Shown: positions 10,726 to 23,209, numbered from the stretch's first letter. The stretch: 64,000 bases of DNA from Candidatus Bathyarchaeota archaeon (GCA_963714275.1 CAVQNT010000007.1:96001-160000), one strand, 5' to 3'. Numbers and translations are program-made. Notes: generated from the sequence alone by a model not told the origin.

Positions 10726-12364
10726 CTATTCAGTCATAACATTACTTAGAATGTTTTCCTTCTCTTTTAGACTCAACCAGCCTTCACTTTCAAGCTCAGC
10801 CAATCCTTTAACGATATGCCCTTTTAATTCTGGTTTTGTAAGAATATTTGCTGAGTATGCAGCTCTGGTGATTTGTTCTTTCAAGTCCACGTTTTTGGAG
10901 AGGCATTTCTGAAGATTGCTGAAAAATGCTTCGTTCAGGGCTGTTGATCTTGGGGTCAGAAGAAGTGCATTTTAGATTCTAAACTAAACGTTAAGACAGC
11001 TTTCTGAATTTTCCTCATTATGCCTTCATAGTCTGCCGCTGTCATCGGAGGATAAAGATCTATTCTGGTTGTTTCTCGCAGTCGATATTGTATGAAATAG
11101 AAAGGAATGCTTATGAGCAAAGGCTCGTTAGTCTTTGAGCGTAAGCGTCATGTTCTCAAGAGTCTCTGCGTCTTTGACCTTTTGAGTGATGAGATTACAA
11201 ATTTGGACTTCAATTTTTAATGAAAGATCCTCTGTGCCTTTTATTTCATTCGTTTTCTTCGACATCTCAATGTTCCTAGAATGTTCCAGAATCTCAAGTT
11301 TCTCCGTCTCTTTAGCAGCAAGATTCTGGAATTTTCCCTCAATCTGTCCAAGTTGCTGTCGACCATTTATTCGTGCTTTTTCTTGCAGGTCTAAAATTCG
11401 ATGAATTTCGGAATTCAATCGTTCAATTTTTTCTTGTGACAAAGAGATTCTATTGTCAATTCGTGTTGTGCTTCTTTTTGGATAATTATGTTTCTGAATC
11501 CTTTTTTGGGCAAGGATCATTTCAAGAGAATGGTGTAGTCCATTAGTCTTTTACGCACCTTCTTCTCTTCGATGACAAGTTTTTCTATTTCTTTTTCAAT
11601 AAGTCTCTCTGCCCTCGCAGTCTCTTTCATCCCTTTTTTTTCAAATAACTTGACCTTTTTTTCTACAACTTTCCTGATTTCGGAGATTCTTCTCTCATAG
11701 CTTCCCCAAATCAGGTCAAGTCTCTATTGAGGCTTTTTCTTTATGATGACCGATTTCTTCCTCTAAGATTTTAAGAGCAAACCGTAATCCGTCAATGTCT
11801 GTCTGTATCCTCTGCCATTCATGGAGCAAATTTCCTGTAACATTCTCTGACTTTGCCCTGTCATAAGTTTCTGGAACAACAGCAACATCGGTTTCTAGCA
11901 ACTCATTTTTCGGTTCACATCTATCAATAAAATGGGAAAGAGCATCGAGGATAGAACTGTCTGAAACCAAAGCTTTCAGTTCCACTTTCTCAGGCTAAGG
12001 AGAATCTCTCAAACATGTGTTCATGCTTCTCAAGAGTCTTCTTAAAAAGGCTGAATGAAGTGTTGCTTCTTTCCAAATCCTCAGCGAAATCTTGGACCCT
12101 TGGAATCTGATCATAAGATAAGGTTGTTGATGTTAAGCCAAACCCGTCGACAACGACGCATCTTTCATTCCAAGGCACCGCCCACAAAGGATAACCCAAC
12201 TTTGCGATGCATTCTATTTCCTCAGCAGAACCTCTTAGGAGGTATGGTTTTTTCCTTTTTATTTCAGAAAGGCATATGATAGCTGCCTTTTCCATTTCTT
12301 GAGTGAAGGCTTTTTCCCTGCTGGGTTCTTCGATAACGAAGGGTGTGACGATCATAAGCAGCAC
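10726..12364 (-). CDS. Hypothetical coiled-coil protein with multiple frameshifts
   Basis: Consecutive minus-strand fragments 11990-12364, 11716-11985 and 11128-11520, plus a tail ending EGWLSLKEKENILSNVMTE*. Confidence 0.5.
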
Positions 12365-12436
12365 GTTTTATAATTTGTTGTGCAAGGTCATAAATTTTTT
12401 CAAGGTTCGTATTGACAGGTCATTGATCAAACTTTT

Positions 12437-13190
12437 TTAGGCTATTTTTTTCGAAAAGTGTTTGTCAGCTTCATGGTAGCTTTCGAGCCTGCCGATGTCG
12501 AACCACACGCCTTCAAACACGTAGCCGTATACTTTGTCGTTTTTGTATAGCCATTCGATAAAGTGCCCCATCTTGTCAGGCTCGTTTCCTTCGTCCAAAT
12601 ACCGATGCAAGTTTCTGACACCGTCCCTCGAAAACGCGTAACAGGCGGTTGACACAAGTGTAGTTTTTGGTTCAGCGGGTTTTTCCTGAAAATCAACAAT
12701 CCGACAGTTAGAATCGATTTTTACAACGCCATAAAATCGCGCCCTGCTAATTGACTTTAAATCAAACAATGCGACAGTGTTTGCTTTTTTGAGCCCAAAG
12801 AAATTTACAAAATTTTCAATGTTGAAGCTGAAAAATGTTGTCGCCACCAAACACGAGTATCTCATCGTTTACACTGCATTTCTTGATTAGATGGCCTAGT
12901 GCACCTACGCTGCCCAGCTTTTCCTCTTCTTTGCGACTGTCCTCGATAAACAACGAGACATTCTTCTTGGTCTCGACAGTGTCCAAATATTCTCTGAAAT
13001 GACGCTCAAAAGCAGCATTCGTCGAAATAAAAACTTGATCCACCATGCTTAGAGGTTCAAGCTTCGCTAAAATATAATCCAACATTGGCTTGCCAGCTAC
13101 CTGCAGCAGATGTTTTGGCTTGTCCCTTGTTAGAGGCCACATTCGTTTTGCGAAACCTCCTGCAAGAATCACCGCAATCACAGCAAACAC
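12437..13190 (-). CDS. NDP-sugar nucleotidyltransferase (NTP_transferase family), frameshifted
   Basis: ILAGGFAKRMWPLT..KPKHLL, GDN, FQEKP and WFDIG motifs. Confidence 0.9.
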
Positions 13191-13345
13191 CTAGTGATAG
13201 TATGGTGTTTTTTACCACATAAAAATTGTGTTTAAAAATTACAAATGAAAGGTGAATTTTCGAAAATGATTCTTAAAAAATGCTATTTACAGTCTGTTGC
13301 CTAGAAGAATAAAAAATTTTTGGAAAAAGGGACTATAGGTTGATG

Positions 13346-13661
13346 TTACTCTTTTTTGGGAGGCTCTTTTTCTGTGGGTTCCGGCTTCTCTTCCTTTTCT
13401 TTTTCTGCTGTTTCTGTGGATTCTTCTGTTTCTATCTCTTTTTCGAGTTCTTCTATCGGTTTAGGCGGTGGCGTTGTAGCCATTGTCCAGCCAATCCAGG
13501 CTCCTATTCCTAGTATGCCGAGTATGGCAATGAAGCCAGTTAGTCTTTAATACTAGTAAGCTCCAGCCAGGCAAGATGTCGAAGACAAGACAACCGTAAA
13601 CCAATATTCCTGCTACGCAGGCAACGAGGACGACAGCGCCTATAGATTGATCTTTGCTCAT
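13346..13661 (-). CDS. Small archaeal membrane protein with an acidic tail, frameshifted
   Basis: MSKDQSIGAVVL... two hydrophobic segments, then WIGWTMATTPPPKPIEELEKEIE in the shifted frame. Confidence 0.65.
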
Positions 13662-14070
13662 GTATTCTCTCTCCGTAATGATGCAAGATTAACATTTGAA
13701 CGTTTATAAGTTTTTTGTTTAATTAAATTGTGCAATGACAGAGACATGTTGATCGAAAAAACGTTTTGACAGTTAAATAGTCATTTTTCCGTGTTTATTT
13801 CGGATTTGTGTCCATCTTAGGCTTAAGGTCAGGTTTTTGAATGATACTATATTAATGGAGGTTATTGGTTCCATTATGTTTCTGGCTGGTCTGTTTTATG
13901 TGACAAACCAAAATTGTGAAAAAATTTACTATTTCAAAACATATTTATCTTGCAGTTTTTGAACAAACAAACCGAATTGTGAATTGGTCTCCTCGTTAAA
14001 CAACATTCTCTTTTATGGTAAAATACCTTTAGAGTAAAGGATTTTTTTGCACAGTTTTTATTTCACGATC

Positions 14071-14790
<720 letters not shown>

Positions 14791-14851
14791 TTAAATCCTA
14801 TAAGCGTGTTGGTGCCTTTTTGCTTTTCTGAGTGACGCATCGCTGTTTCTT

Positions 14852-16609
14852 TCATCCAATGTAATAGTATTGGTTTGTTTCTTTCTGTATCCTGTCCAAT
14901 TGGGAGTCTTCTTTGTTGACCCTTGGTCTCTTCGTGGCTTGGTCTCTTCTGAAAGTGATACTCATCTCTTTGAGGAACATGTTCATCCCATTCATCAGGT
15001 CAGTCGGCGCTTTGGCTGAGCCCTTTGTTCCGGGTTCGCCGCTAAAAACCATAAGCCTGTCAGCGATGAAATCTTGTGCGACAACGTCGTGTTCAACAAC
15101 GAAGGCTGTGACGTTTCTACCCTCAATGATCCGCCTGACCGTTCGGGCAACAATCAGCCTTTCCTCAACATCCAGATAGGCGCTCGGTTCATCTAACAGA
15201 TACAGGTCAGCTTTCCTTGAGAGACAGGTTGCGATGGCAACCCTCTGGAGTTCGCCACCACTAAGTTCCTTGATTTGGCGTTCCAAAAGCGGGTCCATGT
15301 TAAGCGGAGCCATGATTTCGCTTTGGTGCCACCCCGATGAATAGTCCTGTTTCGCGATGGTTCTAAGCAAGTCCTCCACGGTTCCATCATAATCCGAAGC
15401 GATGTATTGCGGCTTGTAGTGAACTTCCAGTAAGCCCGTCGTAAGCGACTCTCCAGAATCAGGCTTCTCAATTCCTGCCAGAAGCTTCATAAAGGTTGTT
15501 TTCCCGATTCCGTTTGGTCCAAGTATTCCGATGACTTCGCCTTGTTTGGCATCTCCTAGTTCAACTTCCAACGAGAACCCTTTATAAGCCTTCGTCATTT
15601 CGCCCCAACTTAACAACGGCGCTGCGGAAGACTTTCCTGTTGGCGGTGGCTTAACGTGGAACCGTATTGGCTCTTTCCTGAACCGCATGTTTTCGTCGGA
15701 GATGAAGCCTTCAAGGTAAATGTTGATTCCTGTTCTGACGCCGTGAACATGGGAGACGATTCCGTAGACGCCGGGTTCGCCGTAAAAAACGCAGACGTAA
15801 TCCGAAAGGTAGTCGAGAACCGCGAGGTCGTGTTCCGCCACAACGATAAATTTGTTTTCATGCCTGAGGCTTCTAATCGCTTTTGCCACCTCAATCCTCT
15901 GCTTAACGTCGAGATAGCTCGAAGGCTCGTCGAAAAGGTACACGTCAGCCTCCTGGCACATTGTCGCTGCAATGGCGACTCGCTGCAACTCGCCTCCGCT
16001 GAGAACGTTAATATCCCGGTCCCAGACTACGTGGAGCTGAAGCCCCTTCAAAATTTCCGCAAGTTTTCCTCTCTCGTCCACCTTTTCCAGCAAATCTTTT
16101 ACTATGCCACTTGCGACCTTCGGAATCTTGTCAACGTACTGCGGTTTGTGAACGACCTTGAGTTCTCCCTGGCTCATTTTCTGATAGTAAGTCTGGAGGG
16201 TTGAACCTCTTAAGTACCTTATGATTTCGAGCCAGTCTGGCGGATTAGAAAATTCTCCTAGGTTCGGCTTTATGTCGCCGGAAAGAATCTTAAGCGCGGT
16301 TGATTTTCCGATTCCGTTCTTTCCAACCAACCCAAGCACACTGCTAGAAGAAGGAACTGGGATGCGGAAAAGCTTGAAAGTGTTCGGTCCGAACCTGTGG
16401 CTGCAGTCTTTTTGTAGCTCGTCGGGAACGTTGACGATTGATATTGCCTTGTATGGACATTTTTTTATGCATATTCCGCATCCGACGCAGAGAACTTCAG
16501 AAATTACGGGTTTACCTGCTTCGAACCTTACGGCTTCAACGTTACTTCTCACCTGAGGACAAAACCGATGGCACTCTCTACTGCAACGTTTTGGCTTGCA
16601 CCTTGCCAA
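14852..16609 (-). CDS. rli: ABCE1/RLI ribosome-recycling ATPase
   Basis: N-terminal Fe-S cysteines; two ABC domains (GKNGIGKS, GPNGIGKT, LSGGELQ); ITFRRD. Confidence 0.96.
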   Translation of the reverse strand: MARCKPKRCSRECHRFCPQVRSNVEAVRFEAGKPVISEVLCVGCGICIKKCPYKAISIVNVPDELQKDCSHRFGPNTFKLFRIPVPSSSSVLGLVGKNGIGKSTALKILSGDIKPNLGEFSNPPDWLEIIRYLRGSTLQTYYQKMSQGELKVVHKPQYVDKIPKVASGIVKDLLEKVDERGKLAEILKGLQLHVVWDRDINVLSGGELQRVAIAATMCQEADVYLFDEPSSYLDVKQRIEVAKAIRSLRHENKFIVVAEHDLAVLDYLSDYVCVFYGEPGVYGIVSHVHGVRTGINIYLEGFISDENMRFRKEPIRFHVKPPPTGKSSAAPLLSWGEMTKAYKGFSLEVELGDAKQGEVIGILGPNGIGKTTFMKLLAGIEKPDSGESLTTGLLEVHYKPQYIASDYDGTVEDLLRTIAKQDYSSGWHQSEIMAPLNMDPLLERQIKELSGGELQRVAIATCLSRKADLYLLDEPSAYLDVEERLIVARTVRRIIEGRNVTAFVVEHDVVAQDFIADRLMVFSGEPGTKGSAKAPTDLMNGMNMFLKEMSITFRRDQATKRPRVNKEDSQLDRIQKETNQYYYIG

Positions 16610-16744
16610 GTCGATGACAGCGATTCTGATCTCTGTTCGCCTCTGGGACTCACGTAAAAAGATGGACGCACACTAATAAATTTGTTCAGTTTCCTGCTTC
16701 GATTGGGAGAACAAATAAATAATGGTGAAATGTTAGGGTTTCTC

Positions 16745-16805
16745 GGGATGATGTGTGGCGACGGCGTGGAGCTTCAGCTGTGACACGTAGTTTCTTCACT
16801 GACCA
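16745..16805 (+). ncRNA. Candidate box C/D sRNA
   Basis: Box C ATGATGT at 16748-16754; D'-like TGGA; hairpin AGC-TTCA-GCT; C'-like TGTGACA; box D CTGA at 16799-16802; guide TGGCGACGGC is complementary to GCCGUCGCCA, a 16S helix-34 segment as recalled for TACK archaea. Confidence 0.55.
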
Positions 16806-16962
16806 CCAATCTTCTCTTATTATGGCTAAAAAGCTTATAGATTCATGAAGAACCCTGATCTTCAGAAACATCAGTCAGAATTTCAGGAATTAGTTGGCTA
16901 AGCGTGAATAAATTAAACATTATGACCCGAAAATGTTTTTACAAACCATATGGTCAATGTGA

Positions 16963-17514
16963 GTGGTGTTTATGGTCATCTGCGATTTTAACCTACTTGT
17001 TTCAACTCCGAGAATGCTGGAGAACGATGCGTGTTCAGAAGTCTGGTTTCTGCTGAACGAGGTTGGTGACCATGAACCAGTTTCGGAAAAAATAGGTGTC
17101 GCTGGATTGATTGTCGCCAAGACCATGCTTGACCCATTAACGGTTATTAAAGAGCTCAGAAAGATGCTGAAGAATCAACCAGAAGAATTTCGGTATACAC
17201 TTCGGGTCGTCCCAATCGAAGCTGTCGTTTCAACGAAACTCAAAAACATCAAAAAAGCAAGCCTTGAGCTTTCCGCACGCATAAAAGAAGACGAAACATT
17301 CAGAGTCACCGTCGAGAAAAGGCACACAACCCTTTCCTCAAAAGAAATCATTGAAGCGGTTGCAGAAGAAATAGACAAGAAAGTGGACTTACTTAAGCCA
17401 AACAAGATTGTTTTGATTGAAGTTTTAGGCGGGGTAACTGGTGTCTCCGTCATCGAACCTGAAGACATACTTTCGGTTGTGAAACAGAAAAATCAACTAA
17501 ACTTGCGTGGTTAA
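16963..17514 (+). CDS. THUMP-domain RNA-binding protein
   Basis: TFRVTVEKRHT and VDLLKPNKIVLIEVLG motifs. Confidence 0.88.
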   Translation: MVFMVICDFNLLVSTPRMLENDACSEVWFLLNEVGDHEPVSEKIGVAGLIVAKTMLDPLTVIKELRKMLKNQPEEFRYTLRVVPIEAVVSTKLKNIKKASLELSARIKEDETFRVTVEKRHTTLSSKEIIEAVAEEIDKKVDLLKPNKIVLIEVLGGVTGVSVIEPEDILSVVKQKNQLNLRG

Positions 17515-18054
17515 GAGGGCAGCACGTTCAATCAAAAGACTCAGAATTGCTTGTTCTTTCGATTCTCTCATTATTGCCTTAATTTCGTTTTCTTTTATGC
17601 CAAATGTAGATATTATTTTGGGAATTTTCTTTTCCGTTAGTTCGATTATTTCGTCGCATTGTTCGCCTTTCAGCAGCCTTGAAACTTTCTTCATAGATTC
17701 CATTGCCTTCTCGTGTGTTTCAGCAAGGACCAGAACAGCCACTTCTTGAGAGTCGGGTTTGATGCCTAACAGTTGAATGGCTCTGCTAATTTGATGTTGA
17801 CCCGAAGCGTAAAGTAAAAATTCAACCGCAAGGTCCTTCGAAATGTTCCTCTTAGAATCAAAGGCTTTCAAAGCGTTCAACGTTGCGAAGAAGAGATGAT
17901 CGAAACCAGCGACAAGGCTTGGGTCGAACAGTTGGACGCAGCAATCGTTTATTTGCGCCTTAACCTTCTCAATGAGTTTCTGTGTGTCCGCGAGTTTTAC
18001 GTTTTTGAAGCCTTCGAGAACTATATGTCTTCCGTTAATCTCTGCTTTTCTCAT
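17497..18054 (-). CDS. cgi121: KEOPS complex subunit Cgi121
   Basis: HL..A..NA, EFLLYASGQHQISRAI..LG and LLIERAA motifs. Confidence 0.9.
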   Translation of the reverse strand: MRKAEINGRHIVLEGFKNVKLADTQKLIEKVKAQINDCCVQLFDPSLVAGFDHLFFATLNALKAFDSKRNISKDLAVEFLLYASGQHQISRAIQLLGIKPDSQEVAVLVLAETHEKAMESMKKVSRLLKGEQCDEIIELTEKKIPKIISTFGIKENEIKAIMRESKEQAILSLLIERAALLTTQV

Positions 18055-18653
18055 CCCTTTTCTTCCTTTGAGACTTCGCTGATGAAGCGGTCGATTATAC
18101 GTCTGTCCATTCCGCCGTCTGCAAGTCTGTTCTTCACTTTTTCTATCGGGATTCCTTCTTTTCTGCAGTCTTTTAATAAACTTCTAATAGTTTCTTTGCG
18201 TTCCCACGGGAAGACAACCCAGCTTCTGGTCTTTGTGTCATAGTAGTCTGGTTCAATGATGCTCCGCAGCTTAAAGAAAATCACTGCGGTCTTCACGCTT
18301 TTCGCTCCGTTTATGATAAGGTGGTCTTTCACTAGACGGAGGCTTTTCCCAGTGTCAGCCACGTCGTCAAACAACATGACGTCTTTGCCTTCAACCGACA
18401 TTGAAACAGGTTGGGTGATGAACGGTTCATCCGAAGGTTTGGCTATTCCCACGTAGAACTCAACAGCCACGTTCGCAAGCTTCGTGTTGCCAAGCAGGTC
18501 TGACATCACTCTAGCAGGTGGCCATCCTCCGCGCGAGATACCCACGATGACATCTGGGTGGAAACTGTCTTTCCGTATCTTCTCAGCAAGATTCAACAGC
18601 ATTTCGTAAATTTCGTCCCACGAGGGAACCTCAAAAGCGATGTCTAGGCCCAA
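18051..18653 (-). CDS. Type I phosphoribosyltransferase (purine PRT-like)
   Basis: GISRGG, LFDDVADTGKSL and WVVFPWE motifs. Confidence 0.9.
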   Translation of the reverse strand: MGLDIAFEVPSWDEIYEMLLNLAEKIRKDSFHPDVIVGISRGGWPPARVMSDLLGNTKLANVAVEFYVGIAKPSDEPFITQPVSMSVEGKDVMLFDDVADTGKSLRLVKDHLIINGAKSVKTAVIFFKLRSIIEPDYYDTKTRSWVVFPWERKETIRSLLKDCRKEGIPIEKVKNRLADGGMDRRIIDRFISEVSKEEKG

Positions 18654-18752
18654 TCCTCATTCCTCAAGGTCACCAATAAAAACAACCTTTTCAGTCTTAA
18701 ACTTTATCGTAGATTTGTCAGAAAAAATTGAAAAGGATTTTTCATTGTGCAA

Positions 18753-19721
18753 CTATGGCAGCTGCTGTAGTGCCCTGAGCCTTTTTACCATATTCGGATG
18801 CGTCGAGAAAAGCTCAGCAAACGTGTCCGTTGAGGTCACTCTTCGATTCATGTATCTTGCCACTAGGTCTTGGTCGCTTCTCCAAATGTTCGTCTGATTA
18901 ATCTCCTTGAGGTCCCTTGCCGCGTTGTCAGGGTCAGAAATGAAAAGCGTCTTGAGGGAACTCATATTATATGTGTTGCGGTTTTGCCTTCGAGTCCTTT
19001 CAGTCCACTCCACTATCTTGACGAGTCCTTCAGAAAGTTTTCTCGACCCGTCGTCGACCACGGTTGTGCTGTGCCTGTCAGCGTAATACTCTCTTAGGCG
19101 GCTGAGGTAAAGCGTGAAAAAGGTCAGTACCCAGTAGAGTAGAATGCTCAATAATCCGATTAGTACCAGAGAGTTGCCTCCGTCTCTTTCACTTCTTCGG
19201 CTGTACGCTGATGACCACATCATCGAGAATCCGAGGTAGTAGAAGAGGGCTGGAAGAATCGACACGAACATCATCACCTGAACGTCATGATGCCTCAGAT
19301 GCCCAAGTTCATGACCTATGACAGCCTCAATCTCCTCATTTTCTAGGGTGTTCAGCAACCCGCTTGTTATAGCAACACGGGTTCCAGACAGCGGAGAACC
19401 ATATGCGAATGCGTTTGGGATTGGAATTTTGGCGATTACGAGTGTTGGAGGTTTAATATTACTTTTTTGGCTCAGCCTATCAACCATGTTGTAGAGCTCA
19501 GGTTCCTCTACCCTTGACACCTTCCTAACCCTGTACATGGCATCGATCAAATATGGCGCAATCAGCCATTGAAGAACATTGATGAAAACTATTGTTAATG
19601 CAAGCGTGTAAAGATTCAACGCGTCGAATAACGATAGAATGATGGTGAGGAATAACGTTGAAAGCCCAATAATGGCAGCAACCGTTCCAACCATCGAAGC
19701 CCGTAATTTTACGGCGCTCAT
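18753..19721 (-). CDS. htpX: Zinc metalloprotease HtpX (M48)
   Basis: PNAFAYG, HELGH, SRLREYYAD and FSTHP motifs. Confidence 0.93.
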   Translation of the reverse strand: MSAVKLRASMVGTVAAIIGLSTLFLTIILSLFDALNLYTLALTIVFINVLQWLIAPYLIDAMYRVRKVSRVEEPELYNMVDRLSQKSNIKPPTLVIAKIPIPNAFAYGSPLSGTRVAITSGLLNTLENEEIEAVIGHELGHLRHHDVQVMMFVSILPALFYYLGFSMMWSSAYSRRSERDGGNSLVLIGLLSILLYWVLTFFTLYLSRLREYYADRHSTTVVDDGSRKLSEGLVKIVEWTERTRRQNRNTYNMSSLKTLFISDPDNAARDLKEINQTNIWRSDQDLVARYMNRRVTSTDTFAELFSTHPNMVKRLRALQQLP

Positions 19722-19867
19722 CTTATCACCAGAAACTACTAAGAAACAAAACCTTAGATATAATTGTTACTCTGAAACCATTTTCGAGAAACAACTTTGA
19801 CAGAGATAATGAATGAATCACGCAGATTCGAAAAACTGTTCGCCAAACAAACAATCCTTGGTCACTA

Positions 19868-20912
19868 CTATTTCTTCGTTACTCGGAAAAGTCCACCTTT
19901 TTTCTCAACCCTAAATTCAACACCTAGGATGGTTGATGCGAGCCATAGATTTGATTCAACGTGTTCCGTAATCATGCGTATAAGATACTCTGATTCCCCC
20001 TTCGCCAAAGATGTGAACGGGATAAGCATGTCAGCAAGATGAACATCGACGGTTGCCTTTGCCCCGATTTCTTCAACCAAGTTCCCGACAGCCTCTTGCG
20101 CCACAGCCTCGCTTGTTTTACGCAGTTCACCGATCGCATCGCTGCCTAGCAGTACCCCTGTGTCAGTCTTGCACCACAGAACCAAGGAGCTTCCTTTCTG
20201 CAGAGGATTCGAAAAGTCGTTGACCACCTCAATTCTGGGCTTGAGGTTTTTCACTGACAAAAGCTTTTCCGCCTCTTTCGCCTGACGTTCCGCAACTTTT
20301 CTGTCAGCTAGGAAAGTGCATACCGATACGCCTTCTACTGTAGTGATTTTACCAAATTCAACACGTTTAATTGGCGATACATCTTTGCACGGTTGAACCT
20401 TTAACCTGATTTCGCCCATGCCTTTTGGGTAGTAGCCATACTTATTGACCTCGATTGACGCTTTCGCTCCCATCTTCTCCAACAAGGGCAGCAGTATGAA
20501 CCGAAGATAGTTTATCGTAGGCGAATGGCTGACATCAGTTCCCCCTTTTGTTATCAATAGGTCCACAGGCTGCGATGCAAACATGCACAACGGCAAAACT
20601 GTTAAAATTAGCATCGGAATGCTGCCAGCCGTCCCAATCTCAGCTGTCACTTGTCCACCCCGAATTTTCTTAGGCTCAAACCACAGTTCTTGGGAACCCA
20701 AAGAAGCGCCTTTCACAGTTGCGTCGCAAATCTTTGCTGCGGTAAGCACAGACTTCCAAGTGTTGGGGTCTCAGCCCAGGTTCACTTCGTCTCTTACGAA
20801 CGTTAAAAAGGTGCAGCGGCTCACCCGTTATTCCTGCAAGGGCGACAGAAAGCCGAAGGATGGTTCCGCTACCGCTTTTTTGGCTTCCATCAATTTCCAG
20901 CATGGCAATCAT
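19868..20912 (-). CDS. rtcA: RNA 3'-terminal phosphate cyclase, frameshifted near 20755
   Basis: IDGS..SGSGTILR, PGLRPQHL, GTAGS, GGTDV, GYYPKG and VDVHLAD motifs. Confidence 0.92.
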
Positions 20913-21046
20913 CCTTAGAATGTTAATGGAGTCTAGTTTTTATTATAGTCGAGAAACTGGCTATTACAATGCAGTGTTACCCTTATCGTTTTTGTACATG
21001 AAGCGAGGAAAAAGTTGAGACTAACTCTATGAATGCAGACAGGTGC

Positions 21047-21592
21047 CTATTTTGTATTAAGCAGTTCATTGCATCTGGATTTGACTGTTTCATAAATTTT
21101 TTTGTGGAGAGCTTCGCCAATTAGTTTTGTTTCACGGATAACTTTTAGTTTCTTTGCCAGTTCAATGTCACCAAGAGAAGCAATCCACGTTTCAAAGTCT
21201 CCTCTTTTAGTATGAAACTCAACTATTATGGCATCCACTGTCATAAGTTTCTCACAAAAATCTGTGAGGCTGTCTGACGTTACTCCTGTGGGTTGGTCGA
21301 TTCCCTTATAGAAGTGGAAAGCCTTTTCTCGTGAGGTTTTACCTAACACTTTTTTGGCAAATTTCTCATCGGTCTTAGGAAATCCAATTGCTTCTCTGCC
21401 TAAAGACGTCAGGGTATATTCGTGAAATTGCACCTTTGTAATATATCCATCTTTAAGAAGCCACCTTATATGCATGTTTGTTGCACGTGGTTTTAGCCCC
21501 AATTTTTCAATAATCTGTTTGTAATGAACCGGATTCTCATTAACCTGCATTAACTCTAGAATCTTTACTTTTGTTTCAGTCATTTTTACCAT
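21047..21592 (-). CDS. Winged-helix plus DUF5752-like protein
   Basis: N-terminal wHTH; AFHFY...SL.DF...EFH..RGDFETWI. Confidence 0.7.
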   Translation of the reverse strand: MVKMTETKVKILELMQVNENPVHYKQIIEKLGLKPRATNMHIRWLLKDGYITKVQFHEYTLTSLGREAIGFPKTDEKFAKKVLGKTSREKAFHFYKGIDQPTGVTSDSLTDFCEKLMTVDAIIVEFHTKRGDFETWIASLGDIELAKKLKVIRETKLIGEALHKKIYETVKSRCNELLNTK

Positions 21593-21778
21593 TTTGGTTT
21601 TCCCCCACTTTCCTAATTTAAGTTTTATTAATTATGAAGTATTAATGCAGCTATTAAAGTCAGCTTAGTTAGCTTCTGTGACTCGAAAAAAAGTTGATGA
21701 GGATTAGTTAAAATACCTCATTGTGAATGACTGACGAAAGTGAACAAAAAACAATTTATCTATTTTTCAACGTAGAAC

Positions 21779-22036
21779 TTAGCTGTACATGCTTAGTACT
21801 TTTCTGATTCCGTTGATGGTAACGTGGAACCTTTCTAATCCTTCTCTGAAAGTTTTTTGTACATAATTGGTGTTGACTAGCTTATCAAGTTGTGTTATCA
21901 CTCTTTGAGGTTCCATGACTGTCCAACGAGCTATTTCATCCAATGTCAACGATCTCTCAGAGCTTATGGCGCCAACATTGTGGAGTAAACACAGAAAGTA
22001 AACCTCATCCGGCATCGAGTAGCCCCTTAAACCCAT
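21779..22036 (-). CDS. Small winged-helix protein
   Basis: LTLDEIA...LDKLV..NYV...FHVT..G pattern. Confidence 0.6.
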   Translation of the reverse strand: MGLRGYSMPDEVYFLCLLHNVGAISSERSLTLDEIARWTVMEPQRVITQLDKLVNTNYVQKTFREGLERFHVTINGIRKVLSMYS

Positions 22037-22042
22037 ACAGCG

Positions 22043-23209
22043 TCACCATTCACAGGCTCGTTCATACACTTTAGTTACTTTTTTGGCAACGGATTCCCAG
22101 CTATACACTTCATCAACCTTCTTTTTAGCGTTTTGGGTCAACCAGCCAGAATATCCGTCATCCGACAGGACCTTACTTACGCACCAAGCTATAGATTCAG
22201 GATTCTCTTTGTAGGCAAGTATTCCAGTTCGGTCGTGCTCAATGATTTCAGACAACCCGCCTACGTTTGAAGCGACAATCGGTATGCCAGCTGCCATGCC
22301 TTCCAAGGCTACTATCCCGAAGGGTTCATAAATTGACGGAATCACCAATGCGTCCCCGCTTTTTAACAGTTCTACACGTTCATAATCTGATATGAAGCCG
22401 AGGAAACGTATCTTGTCACCATGTCCCGTTGATGCTGCCATGTCTTCTAGGTGGCTTCGGGACCAACCGTCTCCAGATATGAGAAATTTGGCTTCGCCAT
22501 GTTGCCTAACGATGAGAGGAACCGCTCTTATCAGGTGTTCAACGCCTTTTTGTGGAACCAGTCTCCCAATGTACACGACAAGTTTATCGTTTGGTCCAAT
22601 TCCGTAGTGTCGTCTCACAGCCCCTTTGTCCACGTTTCTGCTGTATTCAGATGCGTCAATCGCGTTCGGTATGACGTTCACTTTTTCAGAGGGCAAATGG
22701 AAATGGTCGCTGATTTCTATCTTCATGGAGTTGCTGCACAACATCACCAATTTTGCTTCGAACATCATCCACCATTCTAAGCTGTCAATCATGTACGAGT
22801 CGGGGCTGCGGAGCTCCTGCACGCGCCCAAGTTCAGTGCTGTGAACGGTGCAGATAAAAGGCTTGTTCAGGAAGTTTTTTGTAGCTATGCCAGCTGAGGT
22901 TGTTAACCAATCGTGAGTGTGAATGACGTCAAAATTTACTTGGCGACTTAACGATGCGACTTTTTTTTCCATAAAATGGTTGAAAATAAAAGTCCAAGTG
23001 ATGAAGTTGGGGTGCCCAAGTTCAATTTTTATGCGGTGGACCTTTACGCCTTCTCCGTCCTCAAATTCGGGGGCTCCCGGAAACTCCAAAGTTACCACGT
23101 GGACTTCGTGACCCAGTTTAGCCAGAGCCTTCGTTAAGCCGTAACAGTGCCGAGCTATGCCACCTACGATTCTTGGAGGAAACTCCCATGTTAACATGCA
23201 TACCTTCAT
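22043..23209 (-). CDS. GT4 glycosyltransferase (glycogen-synthase-like)
   Basis: WEFPP..VGG, HTHDW, GRLVPQKG and YEPFGIVALE motifs. Confidence 0.92.
   Translation of the reverse strand: MKVCMLTWEFPPRIVGGIARHCYGLTKALAKLGHEVHVVTLEFPGAPEFEDGEGVKVHRIKIELGHPNFITWTFIFNHFMEKKVASLSRQVNFDVIHTHDWLTTSAGIATKNFLNKPFICTVHSTELGRVQELRSPDSYMIDSLEWWMMFEAKLVMLCSNSMKIEISDHFHLPSEKVNVIPNAIDASEYSRNVDKGAVRRHYGIGPNDKLVVYIGRLVPQKGVEHLIRAVPLIVRQHGEAKFLISGDGWSRSHLEDMAASTGHGDKIRFLGFISDYERVELLKSGDALVIPSIYEPFGIVALEGMAAGIPIVASNVGGLSEIIEHDRTGILAYKENPESIAWCVSKVLSDDGYSGWLTQNAKKKVDEVYSWESVAKKVTKVYERACEW

Noticed and set aside
19868-20912. Programmed frameshifting in rtcA and other split genes
   Set aside because: No shared slippery motif is evident, and the high frequency across unrelated genes points to assembly error.
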